In this document: positions 9,753 to 20,325 of the stretch, piece after piece
How positions within the stretch are numbered: position 1 is the first letter of the stretch
Layout of the letters: each line of letters begins with the position of its first letter
Origin: an uncultured Gammaproteobacteria bacterium
GTDB taxonomy: Bacteria; Pseudomonadota; Gammaproteobacteria; Pseudomonadales; Pseudohongiellaceae
Assembly (NCBI GenBank): GCA_903887045.1
Contig: CAISOD010000075.1
Coordinates: 1 to 60,674 of the forward strand
Reading direction: 5' to 3'
Length of the DNA: 60,674 nt
Notes under the pieces: model-generated
What the model saw: the letters and a program-made list of their open reading frames with translations, nothing else
Databases searched by the model: none
What the model was told of the DNA's origin: nothing
Position numbers and translations under genes: made by a program

Positions 9753-11162
9753 TTAGCAGCTATAGTACAGTTCGAACTCCAGTGGGTGGGTCGTCATGTT
9801 CACCAAGGTGTGCTCGGCTTTCTTCAGCTCGATATAGGCATCAATCGTTTCATCGCTGAACACGCCGCCGGCTGTCAGGAACGCACGGTCCTTGTCCAAA
9901 TGGTCCAAAGCGTCGAGCAGGTCGTCTGCAACCTGTGGGATTTTCGCTTCTTCTTCCGGCTCCAGGTCGTACAGATCCTTGGTGGCAGGTTCGCCCGGGT
10001 GGATCTTGTTCTTGATGCCGTCGATGCCGGCCATCAACATGGCGGCAAAGAACAGGTACGGGTTGGCCGTGGAGTCACCGAAGCGGGCTTCAATACGGAT
10101 CGCTTTCGGGTTGCCACCCATGATGTACGGTCTGCGGATCGAAGCCGAACGGTTACGGGCCGAGTAGGCCATCATGGTGGGAGCTTCATAGCCTTTCACC
10201 AGACGCTTGTAGGAGTTGGTGGAGGGATTGCCCAGTGCGTTAAGTGCCTTGCTGTGTTTGATGATGCCGCCGATGTAATACAGGGCTTCATCAGACAGGC
10301 CGGCATACCCGTTGCCGGCAAACACGTTCTTGCCGTCCTTGAAAATGGACTGGTGCACGTGCATGCCGTTGCCGTTGTCGCCTACCAGCGGCTTCGGCAT
10401 GAAAGTGGCAGTTTTGCCGAAGGCAGCCGCCACGTTGTGTACGACATACTTCAGCGTCTGCACTTCGTCGGCTTTTTTCACCAGCGTATTGAATGCCACG
10501 CCGATTTCGCATTGGCCTGCGTTGCATACTTCATGATGGTGGATTTCAACGTCCAGACCCATTTCCTGCAGGGTGGAGCACATGGCGGTGCGGATGTCGT
10601 GCAGTGAGTCGACCGGCGGCACCGGGAAGTAGCCACCCTTGACGCGTGGCGTGTGACCTTTCGGGCCGTCTTCCTTGTCTTTGTCGGTGCTCCAGGCGGC
10701 TTCCTGCGAGATGATCTGGCTCATGCAGTAGCCCATCGTCGTGCGGTATTTCACGTCATCGAAAATGAAAAATTCAGGTTCCGGCCCCATATACGAGGTG
10801 TCGCCAATGCCGGTGGATTTCAGGTAGGCCTCGGCGCGGGCCGCGATCGAGCGCGGGTCGCGGTCGTAGCCAGACATGGTGCTTGGCTCAAGAATGCTGC
10901 AAACCAGGTTTAGCTGGGGTTCTTCGGCGAACGGGTCGAGAACGGCAGTGCTGTCATCAGGCAGCAGCACCATGTCGGATTCGTTGATGCCTTTCCAGCC
11001 AGCGATGGAGGAGCCATCGAACATCTGGCCCTTGAAGAAGTTGGCATTCACTTTGTCTGCCGGGAAGGTCACATGCTGCTGTTTGCCCTTGGTGTCAGTA
11101 AAACGGAGGTCAACCCACTTTACATCGTTATCTTTGATCAGTTTGAGCGTCTTCTCAGACAT
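9753..11162 (-). CDS. glnA: Glutamine synthetase type I
   Basis: 469 aa. Contains [13 protein letters not shown], the region around the adenylylation-site Tyr ([10 protein letters not shown]) and NPYL. GGAGG Shine-Dalgarno 6 nt upstream of the ATG. Confidence 0.97.
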   Translation of the reverse strand: MSEKTLKLIKDNDVKWVDLRFTDTKGKQQHVTFPADKVNANFFKGQMFDGSSIAGWKGINESDMVLLPDDSTAVLDPFAEEPQLNLVCSILEPSTMSGYDRDPRSIAARAEAYLKSTGIGDTSYMGPEPEFFIFDDVKYRTTMGYCMSQIISQEAAWSTDKDKEDGPKGHTPRVKGGYFPVPPVDSLHDIRTAMCSTLQEMGLDVEIHHHEVCNAGQCEIGVAFNTLVKKADEVQTLKYVVHNVAAAFGKTATFMPKPLVGDNGNGMHVHQSIFKDGKNVFAGNGYAGLSDEALYYIGGIIKHSKALNALGNPSTNSYKRLVKGYEAPTMMAYSARNRSASIRRPYIMGGNPKAIRIEARFGDSTANPYLFFAAMLMAGIDGIKNKIHPGEPATKDLYDLEPEEEAKIPQVADDLLDALDHLDKDRAFLTAGGVFSDETIDAYIELKKAEHTLVNMTTHPLEFELYYSC

Positions 11163-11221
11163 GTAATCCTCCGTAGAGCGTTGAACCAGTAGGTCTGGCT
11201 GTCTGTTGATTTGTGCTGTTG

Positions 11222-11247
11222 CTTGGGTCTGTTACTTGGGTCAGTTA
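11222..11247. repeat. 13-bp tandem duplication in the glnA leader
   Basis: CTTGGGTCTGTTA followed by CTTGGGTCAGTTA, with one mismatch. Confidence 0.85.
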
Positions 11248-11290
11248 CATTGAGAGTTGGTCAGACTTGAACAGGGGCGGGGCCTCTATT

Positions 11291-11308
11291 CAGCTAATCC
11301 AGCTAATC
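11291..11308. repeat. 9-bp perfect tandem duplication in the glnA leader
   Basis: CAGCTAATC followed by CAGCTAATC. Confidence 0.9.
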
Positions 11309-11370
11309 AGATAACACTGTCTTCTGCCGGAATGCCGCATGCTTCACTTGGCTTGGCAGTAGCAGGAAAG

Positions 11371-11385
11371 GCAAAATATATGCCA
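11371..11385 (-). promoter_or_regulatory. Candidate sigma54 (-24/-12) promoter for glnA
   Basis: The minus strand reads TGGCATatattTTGCc, compared with the consensus TGGCAC-N5-TTGCW. Located about 200 nt upstream of the glnA ATG. Confidence 0.55.
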
Positions 11386-11446
11386 TGCATTTTGAACATG
11401 GAAGCGTTGATTTTCCAGAGAAAAAGGCGCGTAAAATCGCCAGAAT

Positions 11447-11493
11447 CGCACCATAAAAGAGCATAAAATATACATTTGCACCATTTTAGATCG
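11447..11493 (-). promoter_or_regulatory. Candidate NtrC enhancer half-sites upstream of the glnA sigma54 promoter
   Basis: CGCACCAtaaAAGAGCA (11447-11463) and TGCACCAtttTAGATCG (11477-11493). These lie about 75-120 nt upstream of the -12 element. Only the TGCACCA halves are well conserved. Confidence 0.35.
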
Positions 11494-11541
11494 AAACATG
11501 CATCAAAGCAGGCCTCGCTGGTGCAGGCCGCAGGAACCGCA

Positions 11542-13035
11542 ATGAAGTACTTGATCAAGTATTCCGGCGAAATGACCACCAAGAGCCGGATGGTGCGCCA
11601 ACAATTCAGCCGCCAGTTGCGCCGCAATTTGGCAAAGATACTGCGGCTGCATCTGGGCCTTGCTGACAAGGCCGCTGCACCGCGAAACCCTGATGCCATC
11701 ACTGTAGAGGCAACCTGGGATCATCTCCAGGTAGAGCTGCCACCGATACACGAGGCACGGGCACCGCAGGTTGAAGCAATACTTGCTGCCACACCGGGCG
11801 TCTGGAGCTTTAGCAGGGTGCTGGAGCGCCCGCTCGGTGATTTTGATGACATGGTGACACAAACGCTGGCTGTCTTCGGCGAGCGTTTGCGCGGCAAAAG
11901 CTTTGTCGTGCGTTGTCGCCGGGTGGGTAAGCACACGTTCAACTCGATGGATGTGGAGCGCTACGTTGGTGGTGGTTTGCGTCAGCATACGCAGGCGAGC
12001 GGGGTCGATCTGCATAATCCCGAAGTCAGCGTTATGTTGGAAATCCGTGACCAGACGTTCTACCTCATTGATGAAAGCCTCCATGGGATCGGCGGGTTTC
12101 CGCTCGGCACCCAAGACAGTGTGATCTCGTTGATTTCCGGCGGGTACGATTCGGCAGTGGCGTCCTACCTGGCGATGAAGCGGGGTATGCGCACGCATTT
12201 CCTGTTTTTCAATCTGGGTGGCCACGAGCACGAAATAGCCGTCAAGGAAGTGGCGTTGTACCTGTGGCAGAAATTTGGCATGTCGCATCCTTTGCTATTC
12301 ATCACAGTGCCATTCGAAGCCGTTGTGGCAGAAATCCTCGAGAAAATAGCCAGCCCGATGATGGGCGTGGTGCTCAAGCGAATGATGTTGCGCGCTGCTG
12401 CTACGGTGGCCGAGCAGCTCGAAGTAGGCGCTTTGGTGACTGGAGAAAGCGTGGCGCAAGTGTCGAGCCAGACCTTGACCAACCTCTGCGTGATTGATGA
12501 GGTAACGACCAAGCTGGTGCTGCGGCCATTGATCATGACGGACAAGCAGGACATCGTGGATCAGGCGCGCAAAATTGGAACTGAAGAGTTTTCAGCGGTG
12601 ATGCCCGAGTACTGCGCGGTAATCTCTGTGAAGCCTACAACGCGAGCGAAACTGCCGCGTGTGCAGCATGCTGAGCGACTTTTGGATTTCGCCGTTCTTC
12701 AGCGCGCCCTCGAAGGGCGGGTGGCACTGGATATCCGCACCATGGAGACTGGAACTGTTGCTGCCGCTCAGCAGGCCGACGAACCAATCTCCATCCCCGC
12801 CGATAAACTGATGATTCTCGATATCCGACACCCGGATGAGGAAGATCGCAGCCCGCTGACAGGAATGCCGTATCCGGTGGAAAAGGTGCCATTTTTTCGT
12901 CTTAACACGCGCTTTACCCAACTTCCTCCTGAAAGACACTATTTGCTTTATTGCGACAAGGGTGTGATGAGCCGGTTGCATGCGGGTCATTTGAAGGAAC
13001 AGGGTCACGGCAACGTCGGGATTTACCGGAAATAG
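11542..13035 (+). CDS. thiI: tRNA 4-thiouridine synthase / thiamine sulfur-transfer protein ThiI with C-terminal rhodanese domain
   Basis: Starts MKYLIKYSGEMTTKSR. Has THUMP, a PP-loop (SGGYDSAVASY) and a C-terminal rhodanese domain (LLYCDKGVMS). The ORF track start at 11476 is an upstream extension that overlaps the glnA control region. Confidence 0.9.
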   Translation: MKYLIKYSGEMTTKSRMVRQQFSRQLRRNLAKILRLHLGLADKAAAPRNPDAITVEATWDHLQVELPPIHEARAPQVEAILAATPGVWSFSRVLERPLGDFDDMVTQTLAVFGERLRGKSFVVRCRRVGKHTFNSMDVERYVGGGLRQHTQASGVDLHNPEVSVMLEIRDQTFYLIDESLHGIGGFPLGTQDSVISLISGGYDSAVASYLAMKRGMRTHFLFFNLGGHEHEIAVKEVALYLWQKFGMSHPLLFITVPFEAVVAEILEKIASPMMGVVLKRMMLRAAATVAEQLEVGALVTGESVAQVSSQTLTNLCVIDEVTTKLVLRPLIMTDKQDIVDQARKIGTEEFSAVMPEYCAVISVKPTTRAKLPRVQHAERLLDFAVLQRALEGRVALDIRTMETGTVAAAQQADEPISIPADKLMILDIRHPDEEDRSPLTGMPYPVEKVPFFRLNTRFTQLPPERHYLLYCDKGVMSRLHAGHLKEQGHGNVGIYRK

Positions 13036-13099
13036 CCCGCATGCAGGGGGCTTGTGTATAATCGCGCGTCATTTTTGCCCCTCCCTTCAGGATTCCCCC

Positions 13100-14932
13100 G
13101 TGATAGAAAAAATTCGCAACATCGCGATCATCGCGCACGTTGACCATGGCAAAACCACGCTGGTCGACAAGCTGCTGCAGCAGTCAGGCACTCTTGCCGC
13201 CAACCGCGGCAAGGAAGTAGAGCGCGTGATGGACTCCAACGACCAGGAGCGCGAGCGCGGCATCACGATTCTTGCCAAGAACACCGCTGTGCGCTGGAAC
13301 GGCTATCGCATCAATATTGTTGATACGCCAGGCCATGCTGACTTCGGTGGCGAAGTGGAGCGCGTACTGTCGATGGTTGATTGCGTATTGCTGTTGGTGG
13401 ATGCGGTTGATGGTCCGATGCCACAGACACGCTTCGTGACACAAAAAGCATTTTCACGCGGACTCAAGCCGATTGTTGTGATCAACAAGGTTGATCGCGA
13501 AGGCGCGCGCCCGGATTGGGTGCTGAATGAAGTATTTGATTTGTTCGACAAGCTCGGTGCCACGGAAGAACAGCTCGACTTCCCGGTGATTTACGCATCG
13601 GCGCTGTTGGGCCGTGCCGGCAATGATCCGCTCAATCTCGAAGAGAACATGAACCCGCTGTTCCAGCTCGTGATCGATCGTGTACAGCCGCCGGTAGTGG
13701 ATGCCGACGGCCCGCTGCAGATGCAGATCTCTGCGCTCGATTACTCCTCGTACCTTGGTGTTATCGGCGTAGGTCGTATCACCCGCGGCAAGGTGAAGGT
13801 GGGCCAGCAGGTTGTCGTCATCGATCACGAAGGCAAGAGCCGTAAAGCCAAGGTTGGCCTCGTTAAAACCTACATGGGCCTTGACCGCGTTGATGCGCCC
13901 GAAGCCAATGCCGGCGATATCATTTGTATCACTGGTATCGAGGGTCTGAACATTTCCGACACCGTGTGTGATCCTGCCACTCCCGAAGCAATGCCCCCGC
14001 TGACCGTTGACGAGCCAACCGTGACGATGACATTTCAGGTCAATGACTCGCCATTCGCCGGCCTGGACGGCAAATACGTCACAAGCCGCAATATCAAGGA
14101 TCGTCTTGAGCGCGAATTGATTCATAACGTTGCACTGCGTGTTGAGCCAGGCGCTACTGCGGACAAGTTCAAAGTGTCTGGTCGTGGCGAACTGCATTTG
14201 TCGGTATTGATTGAAAACATGCGCCGCGAAGGCTTCGAGCTGGCGGTGTCACGTCCTCAGGTAATCAGGAAAGAAATCGACGGCGTCGTGATGGAGCCCT
14301 ACGAAATCCTGGTAATCGACATTGATGAACAGCATCAGGGCAAGGTCATTGAAGAGCTTGGCAAACGCAAAGCCGAAATGACTGAAATGAGCAACGATGG
14401 CAAAGGCCGCACTCGCTTGAATTTCGGAATACCTACCCGCGGCCTGATCGGTTTCCGTACGCAGTTTCTCAGCATGACATCCGGTACCGGCATCCTGACG
14501 TCGATATTCGATCGTTTCGGACCGATAAAAACCGGTGATATCGGCACCCGTCAAAACGGCGTAATGATTTCCAACGTGAAGGGCAAGGTGCTGGGCTATG
14601 CGTTGTTTACGCTGCAGGAGCGAGGCCGCTTGTTCGTCGACCCCGGCATCGAGGTGTACGAAGGCATGATCGTGGGTTTGCACAGCCGCGAAAACGACAT
14701 CGTGGTGAACCCGACCAAGGCCAAGCAGCTTACCAACATCCGCGCTGCCGGTACCGATGAGAACATCGTGCTGACACCGCCGATCCGCCACAGCCTTGAG
14801 CAGGCAATGGAATTCATTGATTCCGATGAATTGGTGGAAATCACGCCGAACCACATTCGTCTCCGCAAACAATACCTGCTGGAAAGTGATCGCAAGCGTA
14901 TGTCACGCAAGAGCGAATCCGCCGACGAGTAA
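13100..14932 (+). CDS. typA: Ribosome-associated translational GTPase TypA/BipA
   Basis: Starts (V)[25 protein letters not shown], with [14 protein letters not shown] and NKVDR. The GTG at 13100 has AGGA upstream and gives 610 aa. Confidence 0.93.
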   Translation: MIEKIRNIAIIAHVDHGKTTLVDKLLQQSGTLAANRGKEVERVMDSNDQERERGITILAKNTAVRWNGYRINIVDTPGHADFGGEVERVLSMVDCVLLLVDAVDGPMPQTRFVTQKAFSRGLKPIVVINKVDREGARPDWVLNEVFDLFDKLGATEEQLDFPVIYASALLGRAGNDPLNLEENMNPLFQLVIDRVQPPVVDADGPLQMQISALDYSSYLGVIGVGRITRGKVKVGQQVVVIDHEGKSRKAKVGLVKTYMGLDRVDAPEANAGDIICITGIEGLNISDTVCDPATPEAMPPLTVDEPTVTMTFQVNDSPFAGLDGKYVTSRNIKDRLERELIHNVALRVEPGATADKFKVSGRGELHLSVLIENMRREGFELAVSRPQVIRKEIDGVVMEPYEILVIDIDEQHQGKVIEELGKRKAEMTEMSNDGKGRTRLNFGIPTRGLIGFRTQFLSMTSGTGILTSIFDRFGPIKTGDIGTRQNGVMISNVKGKVLGYALFTLQERGRLFVDPGIEVYEGMIVGLHSRENDIVVNPTKAKQLTNIRAAGTDENIVLTPPIRHSLEQAMEFIDSDELVEITPNHIRLRKQYLLESDRKRMSRKSESADE

Positions 14933-14937
14933 GTGGC

Positions 14938-15375
14938 ATGCTGGGTCTGATCCAGCGGGTTCGTAGCGCCAGCGTAACGGTGGCGGGCGAAGTCGTTGGA
15001 TCAATCGACCAGGGTTTGTTGTTGTTGTTGGGTGTCGAGAAGGATGACGACATTGCGCATGCCGACAAGCTGCTGCAAAAGATTCTCAACTACCGCGTAT
15101 TTGCCGATGCCGACGGCAAGATGAACCTGAGTCTGCGCGATGTGCAGGGCGGGTTGTTGGTGATTTCGCAATTCACACTCGCCGCCCGCACCGACAAAGG
15201 GCTGCGTCCAAGCTTTTCCAGTGCCAAGCCGCCGCTCGAGGCGGAACAGCTCTACGACTATTTTCTCAATGCATCGGCTGCGGCGCATGCAAAAGTTGCA
15301 GCTGGTCGTTTCGGCGCCGACATGCAGCTGGCGCTCGTCAACGACGGGCCGGTGACATTTTTGCTGAAAAGCTGA
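14938..15375 (+). CDS. dtd: D-aminoacyl-tRNA deacylase
   Basis: 145 aa. Reads MLGLIQRVRSASVTV...LLVISQFTLAA...GLRPSF...NDGPVTF. Confidence 0.93.
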   Translation: MLGLIQRVRSASVTVAGEVVGSIDQGLLLLLGVEKDDDIAHADKLLQKILNYRVFADADGKMNLSLRDVQGGLLVISQFTLAARTDKGLRPSFSSAKPPLEAEQLYDYFLNASAAAHAKVAAGRFGADMQLALVNDGPVTFLLKS

Positions 15376-15392
15376 GAGCAAATGGGTATTTG

Positions 15393-16169
15393 CTAGGGAC
15401 TGGCTGCCTTGGCTTTGTCGGCATCTGCATCCTTGCCCTTCAGTATCTTGCCGAAGAACAATCCTGCTTCGAACAGCATCCACATCGGGATGGCTACCAT
15501 CGACTGAGAGAAAACATCGGGTGGCGTCACGATCATGCCGATCGTGAAGCAGCCGATAACGACGTATCCTCGATGCTCTCTCAGTTTATCCGGATCGACG
15601 ACGCCGGCGAGGATGAGCAGAATGGTGGCGACCGGCACTTCAAACACGAAGCCGAACACGAAGAACATCCGCATGATCAGGTCATAGACGTAGCTGATAT
15701 CGTTCATCACCTGGACTTCATCTGGCGCGGCGTTGACAGCGAAATTGAAGATCAGCGGCAGCACCAGGAAACGCGCAAACGCGATGCCCACATAGAACAA
15801 CACAATACTGGAAATCAGGATGGGCAATGTGACCTTGATTTCGTTTTGGTACAGCCCCGGCGCTACGAAGGCCCATACTTGATGCATGACGTACGGGATG
15901 CTGATGAAGAATGCCACCATCAGCGTCATCATCAGCGGAATAAAGAAGGAATCCAGCGGCTTTGTTGTGATCATGGCCTGGCCTCCGGTCAATGCCTGGC
16001 TCAGCGGAGTAAACACAAAGTGGAAAATCTGGTCACTGAACGCATACAGCGCCAGGAACACCACCAGCACGCAGATCACGCAGCGCAACAAACGGTCACG
16101 CAACTCTACCAGGTGTGAAACCAGTGGCAGCTCTTTGGGATCATTGTCAGGTGACTTCTCAGTGCTCAT
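15393..16169 (-). CDS. tatC: Twin-arginine translocase subunit TatC
   Basis: 258 aa polytopic membrane protein. Contains LVSHLVELRDRLL near the N-terminus. Confidence 0.95.
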   Translation of the reverse strand: MSTEKSPDNDPKELPLVSHLVELRDRLLRCVICVLVVFLALYAFSDQIFHFVFTPLSQALTGGQAMITTKPLDSFFIPLMMTLMVAFFISIPYVMHQVWAFVAPGLYQNEIKVTLPILISSIVLFYVGIAFARFLVLPLIFNFAVNAAPDEVQVMNDISYVYDLIMRMFFVFGFVFEVPVATILLILAGVVDPDKLREHRGYVVIGCFTIGMIVTPPDVFSQSMVAIPMWMLFEAGLFFGKILKGKDADADKAKAASP

Positions 16170-16660
16170 TACGACGCACTCTTGGCTGGACTGGTGTCTA
16201 CGACGTTGTCGGCTGTCGCGTCACTTGCAGCTCCGCTCATGCTTGTATCCACTACCGCTGCAGGGGCTGCTTCATTGCTTGGACCGGTTGCTTGCGGCGT
16301 GGTGTTGGATGCGGCGCTGTCAGCACTGCTGCTATCGCCGAGACCTGCTGCAGCTTTCGCCTCCAGCTCAATGTTCTTCTGGAAGGTATCGACATCCTTT
16401 TTCACTGAGCTGATCGAATTTTGCACCTGGGCCTGAGTGTGCTTGAACTTCGCCATGATGTCTTCATTGCGCAGCTGGCGGCGTATTTCGTCGGCGCCGA
16501 CTTCCTTTTCGATCTCGGTTTTCAGCGCATTGAAGCTGCGTTTGAGGCGGCCGATCATCAATGCCACGGTACGCACTGCCCCGGGCATTTTTTCCGGGCC
16601 GAGCACCACCAGCGCGACGACCCCGATCAAGATGATTTCCTGCAATCCAATGTCAAACAT
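16169..16660 (-). CDS. tatB: Twin-arginine translocase subunit TatB
   Basis: Starts [26 protein letters not shown], then an amphipathic helix and a low-complexity tail. Overlaps tatC by 1 nt. Confidence 0.9.
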   Translation of the reverse strand: MFDIGLQEIILIGVVALVVLGPEKMPGAVRTVALMIGRLKRSFNALKTEIEKEVGADEIRRQLRNEDIMAKFKHTQAQVQNSISSVKKDVDTFQKNIELEAKAAAGLGDSSSADSAASNTTPQATGPSNEAAPAAVVDTSMSGAASDATADNVVDTSPAKSAS

Positions 16661-16695
16661 GACAGAAGCCGGGCGGCAGCTTGCCGCCGGAGAGA

Positions 16696-16935
16696 TTATT
16701 TGTCGGCGTCGACTTTTTCGGCTTTGACATCGACCGTCTGGCCACTACCGGAGGACAGCTTGTCCTGTTCGTGCTGCGTAGCCGAGGCTTTGCCGTCATC
16801 CATGGCTTTTTTGAAACCTTGAATAGCCCCCCCCAGGTCTTCACCGAAGCCTTTCAGTTTCTTGGTACCGAACACCATCATGATGATGAAGGCCAGAATC
16901 AGAAGATGCCAGATGTGTAATCCGCCCAGACCCAT
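16696..16935 (-). CDS. tatA: Twin-arginine translocase subunit TatA
   Basis: 79 aa. Reads [45 protein letters not shown]. Confidence 0.9.
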   Translation of the reverse strand: MGLGGLHIWHLLILAFIIMMVFGTKKLKGFGEDLGGAIQGFKKAMDDGKASATQHEQDKLSSGSGQTVDVKAEKVDADK

Positions 16936-17030
16936 AATTCACCTCTTTGAGATTCAGCTAATGCTTCAGCCTGTGCTTCCGCATTCTAAAAGTTGTAATT
17001 CATTAAGCGACCATTGTACCAGCCGCCGTA

Positions 17031-17357
17031 TCAGCTGCGAGCGGCTTTTTCCGCCAGCCCGGACATGCCGAAGCGGCGATCCAGCTCTGCCAGTACTTCG
17101 TCCGGGCTACAATCAAGCTGTACCAGCATGACGATGCTGTGGAACCACAGATCCGCAGTTTCGCAGATCAGCTGTTCGCGGCTGGCACCCTGTTCGACAT
17201 CACGCGCGGCCAGAATGGTTTCCACCGCTTCTTCACCGACTTTCTCCAGAATCTTGTTGAGGCCGGCGTGATGCAGCTTGGCTACGTAGGAAGAGTCAGG
17301 ATTAGCGGTTTTGCGCTGCTCGATGATGGCAGCCAGTTTTGTCAGCGTATCACTCAT
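17031..17357 (-). CDS. hisE: Phosphoribosyl-ATP pyrophosphatase
   Basis: 108 aa. Reads [29 protein letters not shown]...ETADLWFH. Confidence 0.9.
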   Translation of the reverse strand: MSDTLTKLAAIIEQRKTANPDSSYVAKLHHAGLNKILEKVGEEAVETILAARDVEQGASREQLICETADLWFHSIVMLVQLDCSPDEVLAELDRRFGMSGLAEKAARS

Positions 17358-17394
17358 ATCAGGGTCATTAAGGGTAAATAATGGGGAACCCCGG

Positions 17395-17811
17395 TCAATC
17401 CTTGGGGGCTTGGTCGTAAATATGTGCCGGTTCCTTCAATACTGCGCTGTCGGTATGCCACTGGCCATCGGCTCCAAGCCGGTTGAAATAGCACGAGGCA
17501 CGGCCGGTATGACAGGCAATGCCACCTTGTTGCTCCACCATGTAGATGAGGCTGTCACCGTCACAATCAAGCAGTAGGGCATGCAATATTTGCACGTGGC
17601 CGGATTCTTCCCCTTTACGCCAAAGTTGCTGCCGCGAGCGTGACCAGTAAATGCCGCGATTCTCCTGTACCGCCAGCTGCAATGCCTCGCGGTTGGCAAA
17701 GGCCTGCATCAATACGGTCCCGTTTTGCCAGTCTTGCGCGATGACGGGTACCAGGCCGTTGGCATCCCAGCGGATGTAATCAAGCCATTGTGTCTGCATA
17801 AGGGGTTCCAA
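17395..17811 (-). CDS. hisI: Phosphoribosyl-AMP cyclohydrolase
   Basis: 138 aa. Reads [26 protein letters not shown]...[18 protein letters not shown]...DCDGD...[13 protein letters not shown]. Confidence 0.9.
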   Translation of the reverse strand: MEPLMQTQWLDYIRWDANGLVPVIAQDWQNGTVLMQAFANREALQLAVQENRGIYWSRSRQQLWRKGEESGHVQILHALLLDCDGDSLIYMVEQQGGIACHTGRASCYFNRLGADGQWHTDSAVLKEPAHIYDQAPKD

Positions 17812-17860
17812 TCAAAGCGGCAAGCTTAGCTCACCGGCTGGGTATCCGGGAAAAGTAGCA

Positions 17861-19414
17861 CTATCCGGGCAGCAGGAAATACAACGCCACGATGGTCAGT
17901 GCCAACAGCACGCCATTGCGCCAGCGTCGCAGTTGCAACAACTCGCGTTGCAGCAAGCCGACTTGCCTTTCGAGTCCGGTGAGTTTATCTGCTGGATGGC
18001 CGGCCTGCCGCAAGGCCTGCAGCACCAGCTCTGGCACATCGGGTGCTTGTTCAATCCACTCCGGCATACGTTCGCCGATGTTACGCAGGTTGGCCAATGG
18101 CGAAAGCCGCTGCTTCTGCCAGTCTTCAAGGAACGGCAAGGCGGTCTTCCACAGGTCCAGTTCGGGGTACAACTGCTTGCCAAGACCTTCGACATTCAGC
18201 AGGGTCTTCTGCAGCAACACCAGTGACGGCTGCACTTCCATGTTGAAACGCGCTGCTGTGTGGAACAGCTGCAGCAGCAACTGGCCGAACGATATCTCGC
18301 CGATGGGCTTCTGGAAAATCGGTTCGCACACAGTCCGCATGGTGGATTCAAACGCATGGATGGGCGTATCGGAGGGCACCCAGCCGGACTCCACGTGCAA
18401 CTCGGCAACCCGCCGGTAATCCTGCTTGAAAATCGCCAGCAGGTTGCGTGCCAGATACTGCTGGTCGGCCTTGCTGAGGCTGCCGATGATGGCGCAATCA
18501 AGCGCTATGTATTGCGGGTTTTCCCGGTGCTCGCGCGACACATAGACGTTGCCCGGGTGCATGTCGGCGTGGAAGAAGCTGTGGCGGAACACTTGAGTGA
18601 AGAAAATCTGAACGCCGGTTTCGGCCAGCTTCTTGATGTTGATGCCGGCTGCGCGTAGCTCGTCGAGCTGGCTCACCGGGATACCGTAGATTCGTTCCAT
18701 CACCAGCACGTTCCGGCGGCAGTAATCCCAGTACACCTTCGGGACATAGAGTTGCGGAGAATCCTTGAAATTGCGGGACAGTTGCGAGGTATTGGCGGCT
18801 TCGCTCAGGAGGTTAAGTTCGTCAAGGATCACATGTTCGTAGTCGCGTACCACTTCCCGCAGGCGCAGCCGCTTGCCACCTTCTATACGACTGTCTACCA
18901 GCGCAGCTATGCCGTGCAGCAGCACCAGATCATCGTCGATGATTCTGTCGATGCCGGGTCGAATCACCTTGATGACAACGTCTTCTCCAGTCAGCAAGCG
19001 CGCGGTGTGAACTTGTGCCACCGAGGCGGAAGCCAGCGGTACGGGATCTACTTGCAGAAACAATTCGGCGAGAGGCTTTCCGAGCGCCTTTTCAACCAAT
19101 TGCAGTGCCAATTCACCCGAGAACGGCGCCACCTGCTCTTGCAGCATTGCGAGTTCGTCGGCGATATCGATAGGCACCAGGTCACGGCGGGTAGAAAGCA
19201 GTTGGCCGAATTTGACAAAGATGGGGCCGAGGCTTTCCAGAGCCAGCCGCAGACGCTTGCCACGTGACAAGCCACTGCCGCCCTCTACACTGCCGAATGG
19301 CAACGCGAGCAGTGCCCGCAGTGCGCTTGTGTGTGGCACGCCGACGAGAAGTTCGCCCAGCCGGTAGCGCACTGCAGTATGGTAAATCGTAAAAAGACGG
19401 CGGTATTGCTGCAT
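17861..19414 (-). CDS. ubiB: Ubiquinone biosynthesis regulatory kinase-like protein UbiB (ABC1 family)
   Basis: Contains LGPIFVKFGQLLSTRRDL, ASASVAQVH, HADMHPGN and a C-terminal TM segment. The preferred start MQQYRRLFTIY is at 19414; the ORF extends to 19471. Confidence 0.9.
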   Translation of the reverse strand: MQQYRRLFTIYHTAVRYRLGELLVGVPHTSALRALLALPFGSVEGGSGLSRGKRLRLALESLGPIFVKFGQLLSTRRDLVPIDIADELAMLQEQVAPFSGELALQLVEKALGKPLAELFLQVDPVPLASASVAQVHTARLLTGEDVVIKVIRPGIDRIIDDDLVLLHGIAALVDSRIEGGKRLRLREVVRDYEHVILDELNLLSEAANTSQLSRNFKDSPQLYVPKVYWDYCRRNVLVMERIYGIPVSQLDELRAAGINIKKLAETGVQIFFTQVFRHSFFHADMHPGNVYVSREHRENPQYIALDCAIIGSLSKADQQYLARNLLAIFKQDYRRVAELHVESGWVPSDTPIHAFESTMRTVCEPIFQKPIGEISFGQLLLQLFHTAARFNMEVQPSLVLLQKTLLNVEGLGKQLYPELDLWKTALPFLEDWQKQRLSPLANLRNIGERMPEWIEQAPDVPELVLQALRQAGHPADKLTGLERQVGLLQRELLQLRRWRNGVLLALTIVALYFLLPG

Positions 19415-19484
19415 GGACGGAGTCGCCGGTTCAGGGGCGGCCACGATAGCGGAAAAGACAGGGCAGGGCAAAACGCACCCCGCC

Positions 19485-19520
19485 GTACTAATTCGTACTA
19501 ATTCGTACTAATTCGTACTA
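19485..19520. repeat. 10-bp tandem repeat, 3.6 copies (GTACTAATTC)
   Basis: GTACTAATTC GTACTAATTC GTACTAATTC GTACTA, with perfect copies. It overlaps the stop codon of the zinc-ribbon gene and lies about 70 nt upstream of the ubiB start. Confidence 0.95.
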
Positions 19521-19796
19521 AAAGTCGAATATGTCCGACAGAAAGCCTTCACGTTTGCGCTTGTGGGGATAGTGATCATGCTTCGGATGGTGCTGGCTGT
19601 GGCTGCGCTCGTCGCGAAAGGTTGGAGCTGCTTGTTCGCGCACAGGCACCGTTGCCGCGCCAGCCGATTTGTCGATGATCTTGTCCAGCTCCCCCCTGTC
19701 CAGCCAGACGCCACGGCATTGTGGGCAGTAATCGATTTCCACGCCTTGGCGTTCAGACATGACAAGATTCACGGATTTGCATACAGGGCACAGCAT
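19518..19796 (-). CDS. Small zinc-ribbon protein (zf-TFIIB-like) with a His/Lys-rich tail
   Basis: 92 aa. Reads MLCPVCKSVNLVMSERQGVEIDYCPQCRGVWLDRGELDKI (two CxxC pairs), then ...HSQHHPKHDHYPHKRKREGFLSDIFDF. GGAG sits 8 nt upstream of the ATG. Confidence 0.7.
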   Translation of the reverse strand: MLCPVCKSVNLVMSERQGVEIDYCPQCRGVWLDRGELDKIIDKSAGAATVPVREQAAPTFRDERSHSQHHPKHDHYPHKRKREGFLSDIFDF

Positions 19797-20325
19797 TGAG
19801 GGGCTCCGATCAGGTCAGTATGGTCAAAATTACTGGCACGCATAATAAGAAGTGAGGGCCGGCTGCGTCCACTGTCAGTGCGCCCGGCAAGGAACTACTA
19901 CTTCGCTGCCCGTTAGGGATGAGGTTGTGGATCGCGCGGGCGATAAGGCCTGGATAACTGCTGATGCGTTAATCACCGGGGATCGAGGTAATCCCAATGC
20001 TGCAGTTCACACGGATTTTCTCTTGCGCATAGAGTTGTCGAAGAAGAAGCGTTCGCCACACCGCGCAAAGTCAACGACAAAGTTTATGCCGAGGCTTTCT
20101 CCGCTCTCCAGCGTGTTGCTGCGGTGTGCTCGGTAGGTTGCCGGCATTATCGGTACAGCCTTCTCGGGCTTCAGTTTACAAATTTTGCAAAATTTTAAAC
20201 AAATGTAATGGAGTTCAGACTATGGCTCGCGCCACGTCTGATTACAAAATCACAAAAGATTTCACGCACGGCTTGCTTAATATGGTCATCATGGTGCAAC
20301 CGGCACCTTTGAATAGGGAGGCGGT

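Noticed and set aside
19485-19520. CRISPR-like or minisatellite array
   Set aside because: The units are only 10 bp, contiguous and without spacers, and no cas genes are present. It is a simple tandem repeat.
19834-19849. Sigma54 -24 element (TGGCAC) upstream of the insert
   Set aside because: No GC -12 element occurs at the required spacing (TGGCACgcataATAAG), and no downstream plus-strand gene starts nearby.
19852-20136. 94-aa ORF in the 530-bp gap of the ubi insert
   Set aside because: It has no start context and no recognisable motifs, its amino-acid composition is unconvincing, and the other frames are equally open. I treat it as non-coding or degraded DNA.
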